Shown here one piece after another: positions 18,461 through 31,429 of a stretch of 64,000 bases of DNA (position 1 is its first letter; the number at the start of each line of letters is the position of its first letter). The position numbers and the translations under genes are program-made. The notes beneath the pieces are model-generated. The model was not told the origin of the DNA. It searched no databases and saw only the letters and a program-made list of their open reading frames with translations. The stretch is from the human T2T-CHM13v2.0 reference genome, Homo sapiens, in contig CP086569.2 in NCBI GenBank assembly GCA_009914755.4, positions 5,760,001-5,824,000 on the forward strand, given 5' to 3'.

Positions 18461-18961
18461 AATTGAGGTAGAGATACAGTTCAACTTTTTTTAAGATGGC
18501 AATCCAGTTGTCACCCAAGAGACAGAGATTGGAGCTCTAGTCTACTAAAATTGTCTAGAAACCTCGGGGCAGTTTGTCAGAGAGGAGAGCTGTGCACATA
18601 AGGAGCTCTAGAAACCTGTACAGAAGACCTTTTGAGTCTTTGACCTTTTTTTTCACTTTTTACTATGTACAAATACATAGTTGTGCAGTGCATGTGCACA
18701 GAGTCCTCAAGGTGAGTAAGAACTTCAACTGAGGAGAGATATTTGAGAATAATTACCAGGGAGTCATAAAGTAAGCAATCACTAGAGCTCCCAAAGGGTT
18801 GGGAAGTGGTTGATTTTTGACCAGTAAGAATGGAGTTTTTTTTTTTTTTAACACTTTGAGAATTCAGTAGATACCTCAAAACGCCGCAATTTATGAGTTA
18901 ATTTAGTCCTAGAGTAAAGGCCACCCTAGCCTCACCATAATGTATCTTAAAAATAAGCCTC

Positions 18962-19062
18962 AATGGAGGTTGCCGTGAGCCTAGATGGTGCCACTGCACT
19001 CCAGTCTGGGTGACAGAGCAAGACTCTGTCTCAAAAAACAAACAAACAAAACAAACAAACAA
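18962..19062 (+). mobile_element. Alu 3' fragment (right-monomer end) + (CAAA)n tail
   Basis: ggaggttgccgtgagcctagatggtgccactgcactccagtctgggtgacagagcaagactctgtctcaaaaaacaaacaaacaaa. Confidence 0.85.
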
Positions 19063-19229
19063 ACAGAGCCTCAAAAGGGTACAGGGGATATGCAAGTAAT
19101 TTAACTTTCTGCCAAAACAAACTTAATACTCCATTAACGACTAAAACCCAGACACTCAACAATATAACAACCATAATGTTTTTCATTTACAATAAAAAAA
19201 ATAACAAAGAGGCAGAAAAAAATGTGATC

Positions 19230-19700
19230 TGAAGAAGAAAATAATTAATCAAAAGAAACTGATCCAGAAATGAAAGAGATAATGCAATTAGCAGATGTGG
19301 ACTTTAAAATAGCTATTATGAATTTGTTGACTTTTTAAAGGAAAATGTAAGCATAATGAGGATGCAAATAGGGGATTTCACATAAAGCTATAAAAAGTAC
19401 TGGTTGAAACTTCCAGGAACAAAGTATTCAATATCTGACTGTAAAAAACAAAACAAAACAAAACTGGCTGGATTTAATAACAGATTAAATGTAACAGAAT
19501 AAAAGATAAATGCACGTCAATAGAAATCATCCAAACTAATGTCTAACAAACATTTACCTAGAAAATTCCCAAATGTTTGTATATTAAGCCACAGACTACT
19601 AAATAGCACATGGTTCAATGAAGAAATTAAAAGAGAAATTGAGGCCAAGTTTAGGAAAGGAAAGAAACAACCCACCAGTACATTCTTCCTAAAACCCCAA
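19230..19700 (+). mobile_element. Ancient L1 (L1M-like) ORF2 N-terminal fragment
   Basis: ORF 19539..19868(+) includes …LNSTWFNEEIKREIEAKFRKGKKQ…, close to the ORF2 'NNxWVKEEIKxEIKK' region. Confidence 0.5.
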
Positions 19701-20311
19701 AATTTCTTCTTCATCTCTCTAGCCAAACTTTTTGTACATCCATTATCTCCCCAATTACGTTTATTAATTTGCACATTCAATCAGCAAAAAAAGCCTCAAC
19801 AGGAGCTTATTCTATGTACCAGGTGCCTTGTTCTTTGCGATAGTGGTAGAGAAGTTTGTTTTTTTTAAAAACTGAAATTTAGGTGTACTTTAGAAACAGA
19901 TCATTATCTTTATTAGTATAGAAGAAAGCATCAGCTATTTATTTCCTACGGTTACAATTTGGACAAAAGATGTAAGCTTCAAAGTTCCTAGAGTGAAATT
20001 TAATCAATAAGGAGTTTTTTTTGTTTTGTTTTGTTTTGTTTTATTCCACAGAAATCCAAGCACACTTGTCTTATATTCTTTCTGCAACCCATATTTTTCC
20101 TCTACTGGTTCCAGCATAAAGCTAATAAGACGAAGCTTGCAATTCTGAACCCCTTAAGTCCAGTGGGTTTCCACAGAGAAACATCTCTTTGTGAAAATAT
20201 TCTATATTCTTTACTCAAACTAAGTCTCATGAACTGATCCCAAGGGCAACATGGGAAAGCATGTGATAAAAACTTTACATAAACCCATCGTCTCTTTAAA
20301 AATAAACATTC

Positions 20312-20585
<274 letters not shown>

Positions 20586-23500
20586 TCAAGGTCATTTTGT
20601 TTGTTTTGTATTTGGATAAAGCACCTTTTGTTTGTGCCTCCACTGTTTTACAATTACATCTTGGATTCGTCTATTTGTGCCACTTCCACAGACAAGTCCA
20701 TGTGCAGAAGTTTGTCTCAGTAACAACAGCTTGTGGGAGAGATACAGGTAGACAATATTAATTCAACTTTGCAGTTTACATAACTGTAGTGTTTGCAGTT
20801 CACATACATTTGTTCATATGGTCCTCTGATCAACCTTGTGAAGAATCTATTATCTTTTTATTTCACAGTGAAGCAAAAAGTGGCCTGGAAATACTAAATG
20901 ATTCCCTTCAATGTTATTGGTAGCAAGTGCCAGAGCCTGATCTTGAGTCAAAAAACAGCTGGCATGAAGTTTCTTGCTCTTTTCTTCTACAGTTCACATA
21001 GGTTCTGATCTCTCTAAAATGCAAGAAGCTAGCATCTATTTTGAAATGCTTTATACTCATGAAAATGTGGGTGATAAAAATGTAACTTTATCTGGCCTAA
21101 GTTCAACATTAAACAATGTATTTTGTAACTATATGAAGCTTACCTTCAAGTTTTAGAACTTTCTTTTATCTAAACTCTCAAACTATCCACATCCAACTTG
21201 GACTGTTGTGTTTTTTATTAAAGAAACATTATTATTTTTTACAGGATTAAGACTCTGCCTTCTTCATGAGCATGAATTCAGACTAAAGTAATAATTTTTT
21301 TAAAAAATAGTAAATTTATATTCTAAGTTTTTACTTATTTGAATTCTGGTTTTAAATTTTCTCAAATTTAATTTTTGAAATAACACTGGGAAGTTCTCCC
21401 AATAACCTTACATTCAGGGTTGCTCAAGACAACATAATCATGGATACATGTCATTATGGTTATTAATAACATCACCATCATCATTATAATTACGATAGCT
21501 AAGCATTTATTGAACACTTTCTCCTTCTCATGCGTATTATCTCATATGATCTTCACAACAGTTTAATGAGAAGTTATTCCCATTATTTCCATATGTAAAA
21601 TGAGAAAACTAAGGCTCAGAGAGTTTAAATAATGTGTCCCAGGTAACATAGCCCCTAGGGTTGGAGGCAGAGTTAGGGCCCAAGCAATTTTTTGCGAAAG
21701 CATATGAGTTTGCCCCCATACTACACTGCTTCTTTTCTATGATACCTGATCTTTTACCTCAGAGTACTTCTACTTTTTTAACTTCAAACCTCTTTGGTTT
21801 TTGCCAGCATCATTTAGGCTTTTGCAATACCAATAAAAAAATAATTGTATATTCTTAGTCTTACATGTATTACTCCCTTAGAGTTGCATAACACAGTTTG
21901 AGAAATCTTGTGTAACCTCCACTCTTGTTTCACTTGTAATTACAATTACAATGATTTTAAGTTGAAAGAAAAGCTGTATTTGGGTTTGATAAGATAAACA
22001 TATATATATGCATATAATTTAAATAGATATTTGACACTCTCTATACGCAATTGTGGCACCTTGTTGAACAGTTTAAGTATATTGATTTTGTATCTGGTGC
22101 TGGAGCTTGAAGTCTGCAGAATAGGCAGTTGGGAAGGGGATAAATGTGAAGTGGGAAATAAAAAGAATAAGCCAGATAATATGAAGATGGACTGGATTTC
22201 CTGTTGGTCTCTCACTGCTTCTAAATTCAGTGATGTTGGTGCCATGCGGAAGATGGTATTTTTCATCAAGGAGTTAAAAACATCTGACCCAAGAGCCAGA
22301 GAACCTTGAGGATCCATGGGGAGGAGAAACACCTGAAGGCCTGTTCCTGCCTCCATGCCAAAATGATCAGTCATAAGTGACGACATGTGTGAACGTGGTG
22401 CCCCTGCACCAACCTTCCAAGTATAAAAGTAATTTGACTGCTATTTCATTTCTGCCTTCCAAATCTCACACAAAATGACTCTTGTGACCCTTGATAACTC
22501 AGAGCTATACAGGGAATGAAATTCTGAGAAACATAATTCCAACTTAGCAGCTAAGTTGACAATACAGCTCCACTACATATGCTACCCATAGTATAGCAAA
22601 ACCCACTGAGAATTAGAACCTAGGTCTCTGTTGACACTGAGCACACTCTGAAACTCTGAAATTATGGTTATGAGAGATTGCAAGTTACCTTATTATTGAA
22701 GTCAAATTGTCTGTTCTTGCAATTGAATGCATCCTGATATAATAATCAGCACATTATTAGGAACATCCACTCTCACAAAGTAGAATGTAAGAGAATGAAA
22801 CACAGGGAAAGGAGATTTTTGTTTATGAGGAATGATGGAAGACGGAAGATAAATTAGCAAAAATCGACAATATGGAGGCTTTTTTGAAAGCTCTGAAATA
22901 TCAGTAGTTGAGATAGGGAACCATTAAGGAGAAGTCATATATTTTATGTTTTGGCAGGAAGTCAACCCAGTTGGCAGAGAAGGAATGTTTTTAATTGTCT
23001 CCCTCATGCACATTTGTTTCAGAACAAATATCCTGTCAATATTATGTTTTTGATTTTTAAAATGCACTTCTCTAGTTCATATTGTAAAACTAGGAAAGAA
23101 GCATTAAACATGCATTTTATGGATGGATTCCCGGGGGGAAGTACACACCACACTCAAATCCACTTTAGTGACGTTACATGACACAAGCTGAAGTATTTTA
23201 CTAAATTAAAATAAAAACAAGGGGCTTTCCTCTTCACTAAATATACTAGAGTGCATGACAATATTCTTTACTACATAAACTTGTCATTTTTCAATATGTG
23301 TCTTCTTATTTTCTATCATCACTAAAGCTAAGCTCTGGTTTGAAACTCAGATTCCTATGCCTAACAGTAAATTAATACTTTTTAAACACACAAAAAAACC
23401 AGAATCCTGCTACACACTGAAGGCAAAACACAACAGTGTTACACTCTGTAAAATCATCAATGTAAAATCAGGTACACTAAATCTTGAGTATTCATTTGCC

Positions 23501-24861
23501 TATGTAGTTTAACAACCAATCTTGAACAATTTTTATGGAACTATTTTGTTTATAGGATAAACTCCAAATTCCTTAGAGATACTTTTTGAGACATGGCTTA
23601 GTACCCCTTTCAAACATCCCTAAAACACAGTTTTTTCCAACTACCCTATCTCCTTTGAACACGAGCATGACGCTTATCTTTCTCATTTCATTCTTTTGGC
23701 AGAGGATATACCTCTCCTCCACCTAGGAAATGCCAGCTTAGATACTGCTTCCTCTGGGAAGAGAGGTTCTGCATCAATTACCCAAGCAGAATCAATTCTG
23801 TTTTCTCTTTTATCTATACTTACGTAGCACTTTGTATCTACCTTGGTTTTGGTATGTAACAGACTCACATTTTCATTGATTGTTTACGTATTTCTTCTCT
23901 TGCTAAACTGCAATCTGAACCATTTGAAATCATAGTCATCTTTTCAGAAGTATTTACTAAACTCTCAAGATTTGAAAATGAATATGACATTGTAACAAAT
24001 CTATGGATAAGGTGTGATGGAGACCTCAAAGGTTGAAACATTATTATTGGTTTTCACCTGGAAGAATGAGAGCACTCTAGATATTACATGGATTTTGAAG
24101 AATGAAGAAGAGTGCCCCTCACAGACATATGGGAAAGGTGAAAATTTAGGCCACATGACCAGGCAAAGAAAACAGCTTTGGCAACCATATAATTTTCATC
24201 CTCCTTTCTGTAGCATCTCACACAATACCTGGCACAAGTTAATATCTCAACAGATTTTTTTAATGAGTATATAAAGCAACAAAGAAAATCTCAGCAAATT
24301 CCCAAAGGTAAAATATCTTACCGATCACATTCTCTAACCAATATCCAGTAAATCGAGAAGTTACACAAAATTATAGCATTTGAATGACCAACAAGATATA
24401 TTTAACGCACACACACATACACACTTAGAAATTAACAATAATTATTTTAAGCTACTCTTGGTTAAAGAAGTAACCAAAGTGAATATGAAGATAGTAAGGA
24501 AAGAAAAAGAGAAAGATATAAGCTAGCCAAATATAAAGTTAGCATACAGGAAATAGCTTTCAATTTACCTATAGTTACCAACCAGAAAATTCACTGCAAT
24601 ACAAAATCCCGTTTACATTAGAAAGAAATCCATATTCTGATATTCGCTGCTCAGCTAGTTCCCACTTTCTTCTGCTAGAGAGCACTTGACGGAAGGTGCT
24701 CTAAAAAATTTGGTGCCTTAGTATTAGCTCCTGCTAAAGCAACTATGTTGCAACCACCATTTAGAAATTTTCAGACACAATTGGCATTTCAACCTGCAGA
24801 GTTTCAAATCTCGACTTTTTGTTAAATTACACATAAGCATCAGCAAGAGATTTTCCTTTAA

Positions 24862-25172
<311 letters not shown>

Positions 25173-25693
25173 CTTCTTTCTTAACAGAGCTACTTGAGTG
25201 CCTAGTTCTAGTGCGAGTTCAACTATGTCAGGCAAGAACTTTGCTAAAAATAGCAAGAAAGAGGCTAGCATACGTAAACATCATGAATTTTTCTTACCAT
25301 CTCCTTTAATACTACAATGTCAGTTGACACATAGGTCTATTTTCTAACGTAAAGCAGGCAATTATTTAACTAAATGCTTTGTCACTGTCTAACAAGGCTT
25401 TCCAGCCTGCTATCTGTATCTGAAATATTAATATGCAGCTCCAGATTTCTTCCATTTAGCAAATTCTATAATTAGGTTCTATTAATTTCAGCATCACACT
25501 TACAAGTATAAAATCTGTATCAGACAGAATTGACTCATGCATATAAAGGTATATATATATAAAATACGTATGTGTATCTATAAACTGAAATTGCATCTCA
25601 TTACTTTGATTTGCATATATATAAAATAACAGTGGCTTAAATAATTTTTTTTTTCTTTCTCAATTAAGAACTCAGGCTGCCCTTGGCTGATAT

Positions 25694-26480
25694 TGTATCC
25701 GGAATTGGTTCCTTCCGGTGGGTTCTTGGTCTCACTCACTTCAAGAATGAAGCCCACTGTGAATGTTACAGTTCTTAAAGATGGTGTGTCTGGAGTTTGT
25801 TCCTTCAGATGTTCAGATGCATCCAGAGTTTCTTCCTTCCAGTGGGTTCCTGGTCTAGCTGACTTCAGTAGTGAAGTGGCAGACCTTCCCAGTTAGTGTT
25901 ACAGCTCTTAAAGGTGGCGCCTCTGGAGTTGTTTGTTCTTCCCAGTACGTTCCTGGTCTCACTGACTTCAGGAATGAAGCCCCAGACTCTTGCAGACCCT
26001 TGCTGTGAGTGTTACAGCTCATAAAGGTAGTGCGGACCCAAAGAGCAAGCAGCAGCAAGATTTATGGTGAAGAGCGAAAGAACAAACAAACCACTTCATT
26101 TAAGGGGACCAGAGTGGATTGCAGCTGCTGGCGCCACTGACCAGCTTTTATTCCCTTATTTTGCCCCGCCCAAGACCTGCTGATTGGTCCATTTTACAGA
26201 GCACTAATTGGTCCATTTTACAGAGTGCTGATTGGTCCATTTTTACAGAGTGCTGATTGGTGCGTTTACAAACCTTTAGCTAGACACAGAGCGCTATCTA
26301 GTGCATTTTTACAGAGTGCTGATTGGTGCGTTTACAAACCTTTAGCTAGACACAGAGTGCTGATTGGTGCGTGTATACCGAGTGCTGATTGGTGCATTTA
26401 CAAACCTCTAGCTAGACAGAAAAGTTCTCCAAGTCTCCACTTGACCCAGGAAGTCCAGCTGGCCTCACTTCTCAATATGG
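25694..26480 (-). mobile_element. LTR12-family (HERV9) solo LTR, probably antisense
   Basis: R/U5-like segment 'tgtatccggaattggttccttccggtgggttcttggtctcactcacttcaagaatgaagcc…gtgagtgttacagctcataaaggtag' followed by tandem 'gagtgctgattggtgcgtttacaaacctttagctagacacag' units typical of LTR12 U3. Orientation follows from the CCAAT boxes being on the minus strand. The 3' boundary is uncertain. Confidence 0.65.
26179..26395 (-). promoter_or_regulatory. Tandem array of 6-7 CCAAT boxes (ATTGG on + strand) within the LTR12 U3
   Basis: ctgattgg at about 26179, 26227, 26251, 26317, 26357 and 26383, plus ctaattgg at 26205. In LTR12 elements these repeats are the known NF-Y-binding CCAAT repeats of the HERV9 promoter (established knowledge). 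Confidence 0.55.
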
Positions 26481-26838
26481 TGGCTTCACTCCTGCTACCA
26501 TTCTACTCTACTAACTTTAAATCTAGCGCTGATCCTCCAGAATGTTTCATATTCTCAAGTGACTGCAGGAGATGCAGTTATCACATGGACTTTCAAGACA
26601 GATAAAAGGAAGTAGGAAAAGAAAGGGTGAAAAATATATATATATGTATGAGCAAAGTCAGTGCTTTTTGAGGAGATTTTAAAGAAACCCCAACCAATGA
26701 CTTCCACTTATTTATCATTGGCCATCCCTAGATGCAAGAGGGATTGGATAAAATAATCCTTTGCTCTTCCTTATATTCTTCTGGAATATAATCAGGATTC
26801 TGTGTATTTACATATAAAAATGAATATCAAATAGTCCC

Positions 26839-27222
26839 TGATATGGCTTGGATTTGTGTCCCCGTCCATATCTCATGTCAAATTGTAATCTCCAGTGTTA
26901 GAGGAGGGGCCTGCTGGGAGGTGACCGGATCGTGGGGGCATATTTCCCTCTTGCTATTGTTGTGATAGTAAGTTCTCATGAGATCTGGTTGTTTAAAAGT
27001 GTGTAGCTCCTCCCCCTTTGCTCTCTCTTTCTCCTGGCCCAGCCACGTAGGATGTATCTGCTTCCCCTATGCCTTCTGTCATGACTATAAGTTTACTGAG
27101 GCCTCCCCAGCCATGCTTCCTGTACAACCTGTGGAACTGTGAGCCAATTAAACTTTTTTTCCCTTATAAATTACTTAGTCTCAGGTAGTTCTTTATAGCA
27201 ATGTGAGAATGGACCAATACAG
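26839..27222 (+). mobile_element. MaLR (ERVL-MaLR) solo LTR, MST/THE1-like
   Basis: Starts TGATATGGCTTGGATTTGTGTCCCCGTCCATATCTCATGTCAAATTGTAATC and ends …aattacttagtctcaggtagttctttatagcaatgtgagaatggaccaatacag. Confidence 0.85.
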
Positions 27223-28628
27223 TCCCAATTTCGCAGGCTTTACAACAGAGCCTACTTTCCAGAATTCAAAAAAGTTAATTGGAGATAAAGATCTGAACTT
27301 TATTTAAAAGTCTATACAATTATTAGGACAATATTTAGGATAAATCTTTACAGCTTTGTGAGATATAAAAGGGATGATGGGCAAGGTTAATTGCATAAAA
27401 TTTAAATGAACAACACAAAATAATCTGTATGTCAAAAGATACTATACACAAATACTTGAAGAATTTTTAGATAACATCTAAAATTTAGATAATGGTCTAA
27501 AAATCAACAAGCATTTCAGATAAGAGAAAACACAAATGGCCGGTAAACATGAAAGATACTCAACCATGCAGTAATTAGGGGAGTGCCAATCAAAGTAATG
27601 AGATACAATTTCAAGTCTATCATTTAGAAATAATTAAAATAATAAAAAAACAATTTGAAAGTTAATATCAAAGTCCAGTATGGCATGAACTAACATGCAC
27701 TCTTACACATGCTACCTTTCTGGAACATAATTCAGTATCTATCAGAATTCTAAATGCACACACTCACTGGGCACACAATTTCAATTATAGATAGCACTTG
27801 TAAATGCATACTTGTGCATATATGAAAATATATCTGTATAAGGAAAGGTCAAAACAGCATTGCTTAATTCAGCAGAAATATGAAAACTCCTTACATGTTT
27901 ATCGACAAGAAAAAAGAAAAATGATAATATTATTTATTAAATAAATAATAAATTTTATTTATTAGTTAATTAAAAAAAGAAAAAAGAAAAAACATTATTT
28001 TATAATCTGCAATGCTTAAAATAAAGAAAATGTATTGTATGTACTGACATAAGCATAATTTGAAGTCAATTTGGTAAGAAATAACATCTTTACTATGTTG
28101 AGACTGCCAATTCATTAATCAGATATGTTTCTTCATTTATTTAGATCTTATTTTGTTAATTGGCCTTTAATAATTTTTAGCATATGGTTTTTAACATGTT
28201 AAGTTTTGTATCTAAATATGTTATATTTTGGAGAGATTGCAAATGGTATTATGTCTTATATTTTTGTTTCCACAAGTTCACTGTTAGTATACAAGTATGG
28301 GATTGATTTTTGTGTATTGATCATGTATCCTGCAACCTTGAGGAACTCACTTATTAGTTCCAGGAGATTTGTTTGTTTTTATTGCTTATTTCTTCTGATT
28401 TTCTATGTAAATAATAATATCACATGCAGACAGGAACAACTTTATCTCTCTTTGTAATCTACATGATTTTAATTTTCTTTTCTTGACTCATTGAAGTAGC
28501 TAGAACTCCCAGGACTATGTTGAATAAGAGTGATGAGAATAAGCAATTTTACCTTTGTTCCTGATGAACTTAAGGCAAAAGCATTCAGAATGTCAGCATT
28601 AAGAATAATGTTAGCTTTAGTCACACTG

Positions 28629-28660
<32 letters not shown>

Positions 28661-28753
28661 CAGAGTTGTCTCTTTTCTCTCACTCTCTCTCTCTATATAT
28701 ATACACACAGATATATATATATATCTGTGTGTGTGAGTGTGTGTGTGTGTGTA
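28629..28753. repeat. Compound microsatellite (CT)n(TA)n…(CT)n(TA)n(CA)…(TG)n
   Basis: tctctctctctctctctatatatatatata…ctctctctctctatatatatacacacag atatatatatatatctgtgtgtgtgagtgtgtgtgtgtgtg. Confidence 0.95.
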
Positions 28754-29011
28754 AAATTGTATACTTATATCAAGTATAAGTTTTTCTCCTCTCCTGATTT
28801 GCTGAGTTTGGGTGTTGGATTTTGTCAAATCCTTTTTTCTTCATCAATTAATATGATCATATAATTTGTCCTTGCTAGCCTTTTGATAGGTTGAACTATT
28901 TTGATTGAAACACAACTGATATCATTCACAGTGACAGCTTTGCGTATCTGGAATAAAGCTCATGTTGTCATGGCATATTCATCTTTGTATACATTGCTGG
29001 GTTTATTTTTA

Positions 29012-29032
29012 TATGTATATATATATATATAT
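29012..29032. repeat. (TA)n microsatellite
   Basis: tatatatatatatatatat. Confidence 0.9.
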
Positions 29033-29649
29033 TTAGAAATTTTCAACCTGAATTTTAACTAATTCCATCTTTTAAATGTTCCTGAACTATTCATATTTTC
29101 TACCTAATCTCGGTTAAGTTCTAGTAGTTTGTGATTTTTAAGGAAGAGGATCTATTTCTTCTAAGATGTTAATTTATGACCATGGAGTTTTCATAGTGCT
29201 CCATCTATTATTCTTTTAATGATTATACAATCTCTAGTAAAAGCTCCTACTAAATTCATGATATTGGTGATTTATATCTCATTTATATTTTATCAGGCTT
29301 GTGAGACATTAATTTTTATTTATTTTGTCAAAGACACACATTTTATTTTATTGATTTTCTCTATTGCTTTCCTTCTTTCAGATTTACTGATAACTGTGTT
29401 TATCTTTAATATAGCCATCCCCTTGCTTGATTTAATTTGATTTTTCTCCTTAATAAGAACTTAAGTTATTAATTTAAGACATTTTCTTGTTGTTGATGAA
29501 AGAATTCAATGCTATAATTTTTTATCTCTACACTACTTTAGCACTATTCACATATTTTGATGTTGTATTTTCAATAATTATGTTAAATGTAAGTGGACTA
29601 AACACTCCTGCCATAATTTAGTAAAGGGGAAAATGGATTTAAAAACTGT

Positions 29650-30972
29650 ATCCTCAGTATAGAGACAGTAACAAGCAATAGGGAAAAAACTCCCTGTTCA
29701 ATAAATGGTGCTGGAATAACTGGCTAGCCAAATGCTGACGAATAAAATAGGACCCCTACCTTTCAACATTTCAAACAATAACTCAAGATGGATTAAAAAT
29801 TTAAACTTGAGACCTGAAAATATAAAAATCTTAAAAGAAAACTTGTGAAATTCCATTCCAGGCATCAGCCTTGGCAAATAATTTTTGGCTAAGTTCCCAA
29901 AAAACAATCACAACAAAAACAAAATTGACAAGTGGGACCTAAGTAAACTAAATAGCTTCTGAACAGCAAAAGAAACTGCCAATAGAGTAAACAGACTACC
30001 TACAGAATGGGATAAAAAAAAATTGCAAACTATGCATCTGACAAAGGTCTAATATTCAGCATTTATATGGAAATTATACAAATTTTCAAGAAAAAACAAA
30101 CAACCCCTTTAAAAAGTCGGAAAATGGCATGAACAGATATTTTTCAAAATAAGATATACATGTGGCCAACAAGCCTATTAAAAATGCTCAGGATCACTAA
30201 TAATTGCAGAAATGCAAATCAAAAGCACACGGAGATAGCATCTCACACCATTCAGAACAGCCATTATTAAATTAACAAAATATACCAGACGATGGTGAGG
30301 TTGTGGAAAAAAAAGAGCACTTCCACACTGCTTCGGTGGGAATGTAAATTAGATCAGCTGCTGAGGAAAGCAGTTTGAAGATTTCTCAAAGAACTTCCAA
30401 CATTGCCATTCAACCCAGCATTCCCATTACTGGGTATATACACAAAAGAAAGTAAATCATTCTAACAAAAATACACACGCACTTGTGTGTCAACTGCAGC
30501 ATTATTCACAATAGCAAAGACGTGGAATTACCCTACAGGCCCATCAATACTGGACTGGATAAAGAAAATGTGGTACCTATACATCATGAGATGCCACACA
30601 GCTATATAAAAGAAGAAAATTATATCCTTGTCAGCAACATGGATAAGGTTGGAAGTCATTATTCTAAGCAAATTAACACAGGAAAAAAACCCAAATACTG
30701 TACATTCTCACTTACAAGTTGGAGCTAAACTTTGCATACACATGGACATAAAGATGGGTACAATAGACAGTGGGCACTGGGGACTACTAGAGAAGGGAGA
30801 GTTTTAGGGAGGAGAGGGCTGTAAAATTAACTATAGGGTGCAACGCTCACTACCTGGGTAACTGGGCCATTTGTATACCAAACCTCAGCAACATGCAATT
30901 TACTCATGTAACAAACCTGTACATGAACCCCCTGAACATATAATAAAAGTTGAGTAAAATAAATAAATAAAG
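29650..30972 (+). mobile_element. L1 (L1PB/L1MA-like) 3' portion: ORF2 C-terminus + 3'UTR
   Basis: Contains 'ctccctgttcaataaatggtgctggaataactggctagcc' (…[13 protein letters not shown]…), 'aatgcaaatcaaaagcacacggagatagcatctcacacc' and '…caatagcaaagacgtggaa', and ends in the 3'UTR '…aaaataaataaataaag'. Confidence 0.85.
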
Positions 30973-30989
30973 TTCTCAAGTCAGGAACT

Positions 30990-31165
30990 CAAATTTTAGC
31001 CAGGTGCATGGCTCAGGTCTGCAACCCCAGAACTTTGGGAGGCTGAGGAAGGTGGATCACTTGAGCTCTGGAGTTTGAGACCACCTGGGCAAGATGGGAA
31101 AATCCCATCTTTACTAAATAACACAAAAATTAGCCATGGGAGGCAGAGTACCCCTGTATATAAAA
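30990..31165 (+). mobile_element. Alu-like monomer fragment (FLAM/old Alu 5' part)
   Basis: agccaggtgcatggctcaggtctgcaaccccagaactttgggaggctgaggaaggtggatcacttgagctctggagtttgagaccacctgggcaagatgg. Confidence 0.55.
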
Positions 31166-31429
31166 TATGTGATCATACATTACTTTTTTCTTCCTTCTTT
31201 CTGTCGTTATTGTCACAAATTACATCGTAATATATTGTTTAATATTAAGTATTGATCTATAATTATTGTTTTGTGCAATTCTTTTTTTAAAACATGGGGT
31301 AAAAATACAAGTTATAAGTAAAAAACAAATGTATACTATCTTTTTTATTTATTTATGTAGTTATCATTACTGATGCTCATATCTTCAAGTGAATTTGAGT
31401 TACTGTCTAGTATCTTTTCATTTCTGCCT

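Noticed and set aside
21946-22386. 146-aa ORF on the minus strand in unique (non-repeat) sequence
   Set aside because: No recognisable motif or domain. The region is AT-rich with low-complexity stretches (YAYIYVYLIKPKYSFSF). There are no obvious splice-site or Kozak context clues. In a 64-kb AT-rich mammalian window a chance ORF of this size is expected. I cannot call it an exon from sequence alone.
26179-26400. Regularly spaced short direct repeats that superficially resemble a CRISPR array
   Set aside because: This is eukaryotic DNA. The repeats are the LTR12 U3 CCAAT-box units with variable spacing, no uniform unique spacers and no cas genes.
26225-26605. 126-aa ORF with internally repeated peptide (FLQSADWCVYKPLARHR ×3)
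   Set aside because: It is simply the translation of the LTR12 U3 tandem repeats (tgctgattggtgcgtttacaaacctttagctagacacag), not a protein-coding gene.
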